Of a DNA stretch of 36,125 nucleotides, positions 12,764-23,805 are shown in pieces. The stretch comes from Octopus bimaculoides. Its lineage: Eukaryota. Numbering within the stretch: the first letter of the stretch is position 1; each line of letters starts with the position of its first letter. The translations under genes were made by a program, and so were the position numbers. Under the pieces are notes generated by a model. That model saw nothing but the letters and a program-made list of their open reading frames with translations. It ran no database searches and was not told the DNA's origin. The DNA is taken from assembly GCF_001194135.2 (NCBI RefSeq), contig NC_068984.1:136295156-136331280 (forward strand), read 5' to 3'.

Positions 12764-13233
12764 GTTTCATTGTCCTTCCCAGAAAATAAACAAAGACTCC
12801 TTAATATTTTTCTTATGGTCTCGATGTAATGATAATTATATTTTGTTCATATCTTCATTTTTGTAAATATATCCATCCAATTTCTATAAGCGTTTATTAT
12901 ATTCTCATTTTTTATGTATTTATTGGTTATTTTTTTATATAAATATATTTTATCACCTTATCTAGCCTCACCATAACAACATTTATTACAAATAGCTATT
13001 GCTTGATTTTGATGAAAATTGATCGAATGGTCTTTAAACATGTAACCAAAATTTTACGTAAGATGAAAATATTTCTTTATCTATTATATTCTTTACAGCA
13101 TCTATTTTTTATGTATTAATCAAAATTAACAGCAATTAAAACACTAGAATTTAAAAGTAATAATTTCTGAAATTTGTGCGTGTTGCGTCTCTGTGTGTTT
13201 GTGTGCGCACGCACACACACACACATATACTCA

Positions 13234-13362
13234 GCCGTGGATGTGTGGTAAGTTCAGTTCCACTGCGTGGCACCTTGGGGTGGTGTCTTATACTATAGTC
13301 TCGACCTGACCAAAGACTTGAGAGTGTATTTGGTAGAGGGAAACTGAAAGAAGCCCGTCGTG

Positions 13363-13394
<32 letters not shown>

Positions 13395-13610
13395 CGTGTG
13401 TGTCTTTGCGTTTGTTTTTTGTCCGGCACCATTGCTTGACAACCGATGTTGGTGTGTTTATGTCCGAGAGACGTAACGGTTATACTTCGGCAAAAGAGAC
13501 CGATAGGATTAGTACTAGGCTTACAAAAAATAAGTCCTGGGCTCAATTTCTTCGACCAAAGTTGATACTCCAGCATGGCCGCAGTCAAATGACTGAAAGG
13601 TTAAAAAGAA
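13234..13610 (+). mobile_element. SINE family A with a deletion in the tRNA head
   Basis: GTGGATGTGTGGTAAG joins directly to TTCAGTTCCACTGCGTGGCACCTTGG. Internal (AT)/(GT) tract and the conserved CAGCATGGCCGCAGTCAAATGACTGAA tail are present. Confidence 0.9.
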
Positions 13611-13639
13611 AATACCGTATATGCTGTCACTTGTGGACA

Positions 13640-13895
13640 CTACCAGTAACACGTAACATTGTACGGATTGGTTGCTCGGTCGAGTCGTCTATAACTACAC
13701 TGAAAACTCCATCAGACATTCTGTGGATAATGCAAATTCTGGCTATCCTGCGGGTTCAAGCATACGCTCATACATTTAAGTCTTTAGACATAAATATGCA
13801 TGACGAGAGGCATATTTACAGCTCATCCAATTGTGGCTTTAATGAGATCCTTAAACTTCAACCCCACAACTTAAAATTGGACGACGGCAAGTTGA
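13640..13895 (-). mobile_element. Possible RTE-like LINE 3' remnant
   Basis: Minus-strand translation includes RP...LKFKDLIKAT, loosely like the RTE 'RPRLRFKD' C-terminal motif. Heavily decayed. Confidence 0.3.
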
Positions 13896-14004
13896 CGAGG
13901 GCTACTAATGTTTGAGGAAACATATCAGATTGACATAAATGTAGAAACATTTGGTTTGATAATTTATGGCCGGTGCTAAATAAACACAAAGTTTTATTCT
14001 GCAG

Positions 14005-14013
14005 CGACACCTG
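14005..14013 (+). other. Candidate 9-nt microexon (CGACACCTG)
   Basis: gttttattctGCAG|CGACACCTG|GTGAGT: good acceptor and consensus donor 9 nt apart, which preserves frame. Confidence 0.35.
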
Positions 14014-14484
14014 GTGAGTCTTCCAGCCCCATTGCTAACATCCTGCCGTTTTTGTAAGAGCTCAGCTTTCTTGACCTTATTTTGTCACTAGGTGTATTGT
14101 GTATGCTTGAGAGAAGGAGTGCAGAGTGTTCGGTTCATAATCACTATGCAAAAAGTTATTCGCTTGCCTAGATTCTTACTATATAAATATTCCCTGATGA
14201 AGCAGCGGCTTCATTGTGGAATATATTTAACGGAAGACCGATTGTATGTGCTTATGAGTACATGTTTGTGTGAGCGTGGGTGTGAATGTATCTTTACGTA
14301 TGTGCCTTTATATGCAAATATGAACATTTATAAATATGTATGCAAATATGTATGTATGTAATATGTGTGTATTATCTATCTATCTATTCATCGATCTATC
14401 TATATACATGTACATATATTTATTTACGCAAGTGTATTTAGGTACACACACACAATATGTATGTATATGCATATAAATATACTC

Positions 14485-14486
<2 letters not shown>

Positions 14487-14570
<84 letters not shown>

Positions 14571-14666
14571 TGTGTGTCTATGAATATATATATGTATATA
14601 TATATATATATAGGTATATATAGATAAATACGTACGCACGCGCACTCACACACGTACAAACATGCT

Positions 14667-14709
<43 letters not shown>

Positions 14710-14714
14710 ACACA
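14487..14714. repeat. (AT)n/(GT)n/(CA)n microsatellites
   Basis: Seen directly. Confidence 0.93.
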
Positions 14715-15342
14715 CTAGTCTTTTGAAATAATTTTCCTTTCGTCGTCTGCATACAGTCGAATAAATCACGAAGACGTGAAGATTGTGACAGTAAAAAGAA
14801 ATATAGGAAAATACAAAAGACAACTTTTCTTCAACTTTCTTTTCCAAAACTGAGAATGGAAATATCTGGAGAGCTGCAGAAACTTATCATCTCCACCACA
14901 ATTAAGAAGCGAAATCTCCGGATATTCACTCGAACTTAAAGAGAGTGACTAATCCATAAGACCGAGTATTGATCCAACCAAGTCTAACATAATTAATGCT
15001 TATTGTCGTAGCATGATTGAATGAATAATGGGACCACGTGGAACACATTGAAAAGAACCATTATGTATTAGAATATGCAAAGCTATCGTCATTCATTCCT
15101 AGGGATATTAACAACGAGTCAACGCCGTTAGAATTGTTCTAATTACAGCATAATTCAGAGTAAAAATAATTCTGGAACAATGAAACTGTACTTTTGTTAT
15201 GCAGTATTGTAAATTGATATTGATTCGTCTGAATATTATGCTAACTCTCTCGATGAATGGCAACTACGTAGGATGTATGTGAGTGAATGTGTTTGTCCAT
15301 GACTACCTGTCGGAATGTACATAAGTAATAATAAATGTAACT

Positions 15343-15350
15343 ATGTACGT

Positions 15351-15394
<44 letters not shown>

Positions 15395-15705
15395 GTGTGT
15401 GTGTGTGTAAGTATGCATGTATGTATTTATATATATATANNNNNNNNNNNNNNNNNNNNNNNNNNNNNNNNNNNNNNNNNNNNNNNNNNNNNNNNNNNNN
15501 NNNNNNNNNNNNNNNNNNNNNNNNNNNNNNNNNNNNNNNNNNNNNNNNNNNNNNNNNNNNNNNNNNNNNNNNNNNNNNNNNNNNNNNNNNNNNNNNNNNN
15601 NNNNNNNNNNNNNNNNNNNNNNNNNNNNNNNNNNNNNNNNNNNNNNNNNNNNNNNNNNNNNNNNNNNATATATATATATATATATACGTACATACATACG
15701 TACAT

Positions 15706-15756
<51 letters not shown>

Positions 15757-15757
15757 T
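15343..15757. repeat. (GT)n, gap, (AT)n/(CA)n microsatellite block
   Basis: Seen directly. Confidence 0.92.
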
Positions 15758-16689
15758 TACATGCATACAGCCACTACTTAGCCAAATACATTTACTGTTC
15801 GGCTAGGAACGTATTGTGCCTAACAAAAACATATTCGAAAAGACAGTATTTCGGCTAGATCTTCGATGGCGGTTGAATGTTATTTATTTAGTTAATTAAT
15901 ATGCTCAATAATAAATTAATTAATGGTAATAACTTTTGTTATGATTATTCTTTATCGGAGAAGGAAAAAACGAATCAGAGAATCGTAAACGATAAAGAAG
16001 TATCTGCAGACATTCAGCAACCTTTCTATTTAATTACCAATAGACAAAACGGTTAATGATATTAGCTGAATTATTATATATTGGAATAAGAAAGGCAGTT
16101 TGAGCTGCAAAATAAATAAATCACTGAAATAAATACATAAATGACATAAGCTTGTTTCCGAATATTCAATCAGATATTTTGTTAGGAATGCGACGACACA
16201 ATCAGGTTATTGCATCATATTCTGCAGAATGTCTTGCCTTTGGACCTTAACTGCAATAGTGTCACTGGAACACCTTAGTGACAGGCAGTGTGTTTTGGGT
16301 GAAACCTTTATGTTAACCTCTGACCGTAACGGATTTCTCAGAGAAGGCGAAATAGAAACACACCTACATTTTCACGCGTGCGTACATACACGAAGGAAAA
16401 CCGCATGGGACAGACATGCGGAAAGAAATCCAAAAGAAAAAGGAAAATGTAGAATTTCTTTTTAACTTGATTGCAATCATAATTAATTATTATAATAGGC
16501 ATCAAGCTAATTCGTCTCGAAGCAAACGAAAATTCATATTCTAAATATTAACATTTTATTCTAAATCAATCTCCAAACATTGGAATGTGATATTACATTA
16601 ATAATGATTGACATATTTAAATAGGAACAAATAGGCGACTTCTAGGGTTTCATTCGACGTGCGAAGAAGCCTTTTATGAAGGCTTAAGG

Positions 16690-16855
16690 TCTGGAATTTT
16701 GGGACAGGGTCTTAACTGATAATTACCTTATCGACCCTGAAAGAATGAAGGGTGAAATTTTCTCTGGCAGCTTATTTGAACTTTGAATGTAAAAATAGAA
16801 CAAATGCCGCTAAGCACTTTATCCTGTGTGTTAACGATTCTGCCAGCTCGCCACC
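16690..16855 (-). mobile_element. tRNA-derived SINE, family B (GGCGGCGAGCTGGCAGAA head), diverged
   Basis: Reverse complement begins GGTGGCGAGCTGGCAGAATCGTTAAC and contains TTCATTCTTTCAGGGTCGATAAG. Confidence 0.8.
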
Positions 16856-17064
16856 ATATTTGATGTGATAATAATCCTTGGGACGAAAGACACAAGGCAT
16901 AGAATTGTCCTAGAATTGAATAATCAAGTACCTGTAGGCATGGAGAACCACGTTGTGTGGAAACAATTGTAGTGATTAAAAAATAAATGTCCAGCCGTAC
17001 CCCTTCTTATTGACTTCAATTTTTTTTCAATTATATATATAAAATCTAACCGAAAACTGCGAGG

Positions 17065-17160
17065 AGTACGTTAGTGTAACGGTCGCACGCTATGTATTCG
17101 CACGCGAGTACATAGCGATGTGGGTTCGAGTCCCATGCGTACAGCAAACCCTACTTTTTT
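17065..17160 (+). ncRNA. tRNA-like element with an extended anticodon hairpin and a Pol III terminator
   Basis: Hand-folded cloverleaf: acceptor AGTACGT/GCGTACA (6 of 7 pairs), D stem GTGT/GCAC, anticodon stem CTATG/CATAG around a 16-nt loop, variable loop CGAT, T arm GTGGG-TTCGAGT-CCCAT. TTTTTT follows at 17155-17160. No normal anticodon can be assigned. Confidence 0.65.
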
Positions 17161-17430
17161 CCGTCGAGGGATTATATGCTCCAATATTAGACTATGTACC
17201 GTGGTCAATGCACGGTGATAGCTTATAATATATTTTTATTTTCAATATTATTATTATTATCATTATTTACAGATTGTAAAATTCGGCACTGCTTAATAAA
17301 TAATCGCTGAAAACGCACAGAAAGTTTGTTCACAAAAAAATAACATTATGAGAATGTGCGTGTGGGAGAACGTGTGTGGTGTGTGAGAGAGAGAGAGAGA
17401 GAGAGAGNNNNNNNNNNNNNNNCGTGTGTG

Positions 17431-17461
<31 letters not shown>

Positions 17462-17834
17462 TGTGTGTGTGTGTGTGTGTGTGACAAGAGTGTTAGGAAA
17501 CACCTTCCTTGCTAGAAATAAGAGCTAAACCGCTTTACTGCTGTAATTAACGCACATGATTAACAGGGACCATAACCGTCCGAAAAATGCCGTTCCAGAA
17601 TTCTCAATACTGCCGTCAGTTTCGGCAAATTTTGTTGCATCATCAGTTAAGACTGTTCGATTGTTTGCCTCTTTTCAGACTCTTTCGCGACTGGCCAATC
17701 CTGTTTCTAAATACCTCTCTTACATAAGCTAACGGCTTCCTCCGTAGTCTTAATTTGTATTCCCCTTTCATTCTTTTTCTGACGCGATGAACATGGTTCA
17801 CATGTATCATATTGATGTATTGTTCAAGCATTTA

Positions 17835-18045
17835 AGGCGGTGAGCTGGTACAATCGTTAGCTGACCGGGGAAAATTCTTAGCTCCATTTCGCCTGTGTTT
17901 ATGTTCAAATTCTGTCGAAGTCGAACTTGCCATTTATCTTTGGATTTCGATAAAATAAATAACAGCTGAGCACTGTAGTCGACGAAATCGACTCATAACT
18001 TCCCCAGATATGGCTAACGTTGTGCCAAAATTTGAAGCCAATAAT
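17835..18045 (+). mobile_element. SINE family B, diverged
   Basis: AGGCGGTGAGCTGGTACAATCGTTAGC head, TTCAAATTCTGTCGAAGTCGA, and TTGTGCCAAAATTTGAA tail. Confidence 0.8.
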
Positions 18046-18063
18046 TTACAGGCATCTATGTCA

Positions 18064-18268
18064 GTGAGCTGACAGAATCTTTAGCATGCCGAACAAAATA
18101 CTTAATGTCATTTCGTCCGTTCTGAGTTCAAATTACGTCGGGGTTGACTTAAATGTTCCTCTTTTCGGGGTCAATAAAAATAAGCAACATTTGAATACTA
18201 GGGTCGATAGAATCGACTTATCCCCTCCTCGAAGTTACTGGCCTTATGCAGTAATTTGGTCCCAATTT
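18064..18268 (+). mobile_element. SINE family B, diverged, directly after the previous copy
   Basis: GAGCTGACAGAATCTTTAGCATGCCG...TTCTGAGTTCAAATT...TTTCGGGGTCAATAAAA...GGGTCGATAGAATCGAC. Confidence 0.8.
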
Positions 18269-18620
18269 TATACAAGTGTAAATATCTAAGAAATATCTGA
18301 GACCTAAATTATTGAAACGATTGTAACGAAAGAAAAAAAAATACTTTCACTATCATCTTTAAACTTTATATGCCAATAAGGCATAGATTAGACTGATTGC
18401 ATAGACATAGCTTTACAAAATTACTTTATCCCTAGTCAGTTAGTTGTATGTATGCGTGTGTATGTGTGTGTGTATGTGTGTGCGCGCGCCAGTGCGGCTT
18501 CATTTGTGCTCCATGTTTTTACTAGCAATTGTACAGCTGCATAGAACTGTATGGATATACATATTTGCTTAAAAAAGATATGGATGCCTTTATAGGTAGC
18601 TAGATAGATAGACATGCAAA

Positions 18621-18660
<40 letters not shown>

Positions 18661-19814
18661 GCATACAAAGTATATAAATGTGTGTGTGTGTGTGTGTACA
18701 TAAATTTAAAATATTCAAAATCTTGATAAGATTCATGAGACAACCAACGGCAAATTAGATGTTAGAAAGATCTCAATTATATGTTACATGNNNNNNNNNN
18801 NNNNNNNNNNNNNNNNNNNNNNNNNNNNNNNNNNNNNNNNNNNNNNNNNNNNNNNNNNNNNNNNNNNNNNNNNNNNNNNNNNNNNNNNNNNNNNNNNNNN
18901 NNNNNNNNNNNNNNNNNNNNNNNNNNNNNNNNNNNNNNNNNNNNNNNNNNNNNNNNNNNNNNNNNNNNNNNNNNNNNNNNNNNNNNNNNNNNNNNNNNNN
19001 NNNNNNNNNNNNNNNNNNNNNNNNNNNNNNNNNNNNNNNNNNNNNNNNNNNNNNNNNNNNNNNNNNNNNNNNNNNNNNNNNNNNNNNNNNNNNNNNNNNN
19101 NNNNNNNNNNNNNNNNNNNNNNNNNNNNNNNNNNNNNNNNNNNNNNNNNNNNNNNNNNNNNNNNNNNNNNNNNNNNNNNNNNNNNNNNNNNNNNNNNNNN
19201 NNNNNNNNNNNNNNNNNNNNNNNNNNNNNNNNNNNNNNNNNNNNNNNNNNNNNNNNNNNNNNNNNNNNNNNNNNNNNNNNNNNNNNNNNNNNNNNNNNNN
19301 NNNNNNNNNNNNNNNNNNNNNNNNNNNNNNNNNNNNNNNNNNNNNNNNNNNNNNNNNNNNATATATATATATATATATACACATACGTTCATACATACAT
19401 ATATATGTGTGTTTGTGTGAGTGTGTATAAGGATAGAAGTACGTATATATGTATATCTGTTTATAGATACATGCTTGTCTTGTAAGCGAACATAAATATA
19501 AGTATATATACATATTAACATATATATGTGCGAGGGTATATACATTGTCTATATATATATATGTATATAAAAATATTTACGCATATGGGTATATATATGT
19601 TTCCATGAACCTATGTGTATATATGTATATGTGTTTCTATGTGAGCATGCATGCATGCATGCGAGCGCATTGATATAGCCGTGTTTATATATCTATATAT
19701 GAATNNNNNNNNNNATATACGTGTGTGTGTGTTCAAGAATATACATGTACACGTAAAAACACACATGCATACATACACATATACATACATAAATATATAC
19801 AAACATATATATAT

Positions 19815-20211
19815 AGGCGCAGTAGTGTCTGTGTGGTAAGTAGCTTGGTTACCAACCACATGGTTCCGAGTTCAGTCCCACTGCGTAGTACCTTGGGCAA
19901 GTGTCTTCTACTATAGCCTCGAGTCGACCAAAGCCTTGTGAATGGATTCGGTAGACGGAAACTGAAAGAAGCCCGTCATATATATATGTATATATGTATG
20001 TGCGTGTTTGTGTGTCTGTGTTTCTCCCCCACCATCGCTTGACAACCGACGGTGGCATGTCTACGTTTCCGTAACTTAGCGGTTCAGCAAAAGAAACCGA
20101 TAGACTAAGTACTAGGCTTACAAAGAATAAGTTCTGAGAATCGATTTATTCGACTAAAGGCAGTGCTCCAGCATGGCCGCAGTCAAATGACTAGAAAAAA
20201 TAAAAGAAAAA
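19815..20211 (+). mobile_element. SINE family A, full length
   Basis: AGGCGCAGTAGTGTCTGTGTGGTAAGTAGCTTG head, B box GAGTTCAGTCCC, short internal (AT)/(GT) tract, and a conserved tail with an A-rich end. Confidence 0.93.
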
Positions 20212-20642
20212 AGCATATATATATACATATATATATATTCTTCTATGTTTGAAATAATGTTTGTAAAAGAAACATTTACAGATTAATGTCCGCAATAATT
20301 CAAGTAGAATGAATTGTAGCCCATATTCTTAGCTACTCTTCAGAATTTTGATTATCTTTTATACATTACACTGTTGTTTCCCAAGTATTTCTGCTTAGTT
20401 ATTTTGACAATCATACTTCCTACATATCTTCAGTACATTGTATAGTTGTTCTTGTACCTATATGTTTTGTAGTCTTGCGTCTTAGGTCACAGCGTATGGG
20501 TGGCACTAATGGAGAGGTCATAATAGTTCCATCTTTTTATTCATATAACTTTACATCTAGACAAATGAATAGTTTTTTTCTGTTCTATGTAATAATACAA
20601 ATTTGTCCCGTAAAATTGTTGGTACAATGAGTACATACTATA

Positions 20643-20820
20643 TACGAGGTGCTATCAAAAGGTTCCCGGGCTGGTTTTGTTTAATAAAAAGTAACATATT
20701 TACCTATGTTTTAACATCATCTCTTTCGAAATAGTCATCTACACTGGTGACAATTTCGCAGCAATACCCCGGTCCCAGCATTCCTGCCGTTTTTGGAATC
20801 GCTTCCGAAATGATGAATCA
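20643..20820 (-). mobile_element. Mariner transposon 3' remnant (terminal inverted repeat plus transposase C-terminus)
   Basis: TACGAGGTGCTATCAAAAGGTTCCCGG resembles a mariner TIR. The minus strand reads FQKRQECWDRGIAA [short insertion] DYFERDD, matching the mariner C-terminal 'W..C....G.YFE' motif. Confidence 0.78.
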
Positions 20821-20832
20821 CAGTCGACGTCT

Positions 20833-20915
20833 GTGGTATTTGAACTCAGAACGTAGGAAGAATGAAACGTCGCTATGCATCTCACCCGTTGTGTTAACGA
20901 TTCCGCCATCTCGCC
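20833..20915 (-). mobile_element. SINE family B, 5' head fragment
   Basis: Reverse complement: GGCGAGATGGCGGAATCGTTAACAC...TTCTGAGTTCAAAT. Confidence 0.72.
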
Positions 20916-21163
20916 TCCTGAAGGTCTAGTAATATAGATTAGGAAATTGAGAAATTTATTAGTTGTAAATGCTTTACATGAATATGAATAAGAGGAGTTT
21001 TACATAAATATGAATAAAATGTATATTTAAATAAGAAAAAAACTAAAATAGAATAGTATCGCTCTTTACCTTCAGGCAAACACTTAAATCTTTTCAGACC
21101 TCATGACGTCAATAAATAAAGAGAGTAAAACTGAAGATCTCCCATATTTTATATATTGGAATT

Positions 21164-21625
21164 CAGTGATGAATCGTAAGAGGCACAGTCTAGCAATTTT
21201 ACCATATTCTATTGTCTCGCCTATCCAGTGTATCCCTGTTCGACAATGGATTCTGATGGAGGTCACAGAGGAAATGGGCTTATTTGGCTCGAACAGACTA
21301 TAATAGTCGTTGTATTGTTTAATACAGAAAAACGGAAGGAACGGTTTCTACGAAGAGAGAAAACTAGATTTTCAACCATACCTTATTGTATAATGACACT
21401 CAGTGAGGAATCTTAAGAAGTACAACGTCGCTGTTTTGACGTATTCTACTGTCCCCCTTACCCAGTGTTTCCCTGTTCGGCTATGGATTCCGGTGGGGGA
21501 CACAGAAGAAATGGTTCTATTTGATCCGATCAGACTACAATAGTTGTTGTATTGTTTAATACAAAAGTTGGCAAGGAACTGCTTCTACGAAGGACGAAAA
21601 CAAGATTTCCAAAATCCGACAACAC
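21164..21625. repeat. Diverged two-unit tandem duplication, 237-bp period
   Basis: Units start CAGTGATGAATC (21164) and CAGTGAGGAATC (21401). By hand, the core aligns without gaps at about 30 mismatches in about 148 nt. Confidence 0.9.
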
Positions 21626-21940
21626 TACACTTGCCAACAGAGACACTATAGTAATGTAATTCATACATTCGGCAAAATAATTTCAGTCGTTCTTCTACAA
21701 TATATTCTAAACGACTATATAAAAACATAACTTCTTCTAGACGTTAGAGTCAGCCAAGCTCATAAAAACTGGAGACAATCTCTAACACATTAAAGCAAAA
21801 CCACAGAGGACCGAAATATAACTTAACATCAAACAACAAAGAAATCACAAAGACACAATAACTTTTAGAAAAACAGAAAGGTGGCAATCATTTTTATTCA
21901 ACATAAACGATATCATTAGTAGTAAAATACTATATAGTTT

Positions 21941-22035
21941 GATCATCACCATCATCATCATTGGAATTGTCCTCATCACCATAGTCGTCGTAGTCGTCGT
22001 CATCATGATCACCATAATCGTTATCATCATCTTCA
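21941..22035. repeat. Degenerate (CAT)n/(CGT)n trinucleotide tract
   Basis: Seen directly. Confidence 0.85.
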
Positions 22036-22693
22036 ACGACAGCAAGACAAACAATAACAACTACAGCGGTCCCTGGAGTTACGTTGACAAACGTCTGCCT
22101 ATACTACGACATCAAGAATATGCACTTATCAGATATTTCTTAAATTTAACAGCAAAAAGACATACAAAGTAACAGAAACATGAAACGCAAAATATGTCGC
22201 TTTCACGTGGACCATGATTCTGTACAATCCTTCCATTAACACCCAAAAATTAATAGAGAAATCGAAATTTCAAGGGCCGTAGGATACACGAAATCTTGCA
22301 TATACATCTAAAACGCATACAGCCTACATTCACCAACTCCAGCTGCTTGTGCCGCCGTTGCAAGACAAGCATAAGGAACACAGATTCACAGCAAGTCTGT
22401 TACACAAATACACAGCAACTGTTGTAACATCAATAGCCTCACTATAGCTTCGGGCCCAGTATTAGTTTTCACGCCATGAAAAAATGCAGAGGGAAAAAGA
22501 ACTAATGTTGCCTGATCAAACACTTGCCCGTCTTCGCTGTGGCTCCTCTGACAAAATCTAAGGGTGAACAGGAATAGTGGGGATAGAGGAGATGGTAGAA
22601 TATGGCAAAACTGCTACGATGTACTTCATAGGATTCAATACAGCATATCGGTGAGTAGGGTATAGCTCCCATGGAGGGCAATAAATTATAGTA

Positions 22694-22917
22694 GAGGCGC
22701 ATGGCTTAGTGGCTAGGGTGTCGGATTCGTGAGCGTAAGATAGTGGTTTCGATTCCTAGACCGAACAACGCGTATTTTTTAGCAAAACACTTCATTCCAC
22801 TCAGCTGACAAAAATGAGTAACATGGCGTCCCATCCACGTGGAGAATTTATATCCAACGAAACCGGAAAACCAGTCACTGAGAGTTGGATTGATTCGAGA
22901 AGGTAATTTTACTTTAC
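22694..22917 (+). mobile_element. tRNA-derived SINE, family D
   Basis: GAGGCGCATGGCTTAGTGG (A box) and GGTTTCGATTCCT (B box), followed by AGCAAAACACTTCAT...CACTCAGCTGACAAAAATGAGTA. Confidence 0.8.
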
Positions 22918-23089
22918 AATAAGGTGTGTCTTTTTTTTTTTTTTTTTTTTTTTTGAACTTTTGGACTAATTAGTGTTTGTTGCTCGGTTTCTATGGCGTA
23001 TAAATGACCAAGATCAAGCATTCCCATGTAAGGGACGCCGATCAGATTCAGATTTCAAAATAAGCAACTATAAGTGGAACAGGAAGGTT

Positions 23090-23250
23090 AGTTACATCAA
23101 CCGCACTACGTAATTGACACTTTATTTTATCGTCCCTGAGGAGTTAAAAGGCGTGGTTGTTCTCGATGGAATTTGAACTCAGAACGAAAAGAGCCGGAAG
23201 AAATACCGCACAGCATTTTGTCCAAAACTTTAATGATTCTCCTGGTTCGT
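23090..23250 (-). mobile_element. SINE family B fragment, diverged
   Basis: GGAATTTGAACTCAGAACG...AATACCGC and TTTTATCGTCCCTGAGGAGTTAAAAGGC match the family B reverse complement. Confidence 0.72.
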
Positions 23251-23632
23251 CGTTGACCTTAAGGACAATGGATTTGTACGAGTTACAAACTCGCCGATCA
23301 GGCCAAACCCTGCAATGTCGCAGAATGATGGGTTAAGAGTGACCCGAGGCTACAGAACAGCAATTCATTTTTCATGAGGAGAGAGAGAGCGGGGAAAAAC
23401 TGAATGATAGTAAAATTAAGAGATCTGCCAAACAGTTAATCGATGTATGTATATTAACTAGTTTTAAGATGTACAGATCAACAGAGCACAATATAATTTG
23501 GCTGAAATATTAGTAGGTGGTAATAATTTCAGATGCAGACGGATTTATGCAGATATTGTTTTGATTTGTGAATTATGATAGATAAATCTAAATCCAAAGC
23601 AATACCGATTGAGAAAACTCGATCTCACACAC

Positions 23633-23633
<1 letters not shown>

Positions 23634-23695
<62 letters not shown>

Positions 23696-23805
23696 CACAC
23701 ACATACAGACATATACAGACAAATATATTTATTTTATGCATACTTATACACATATACATACATATATATAAATATGTATATGCATGTGTATACATATGTA
23801 TGTAT
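23634..23805. repeat. (AT)n and mixed CA/AT microsatellite
   Basis: Seen directly. Confidence 0.93.

Noticed and set aside
13376-13915. 179-aa + strand ORF
   Set aside because: It starts in a (GT)n tract, runs through a SINE 3' half and ends in probable antisense LINE debris. No domain is recognisable.
17370-17470. Identical CGTGTGTGGTGTGTGAGAGAG sequence on both sides of a 15-N gap
   Set aside because: Most likely an assembly overlap artefact, not a real duplication.
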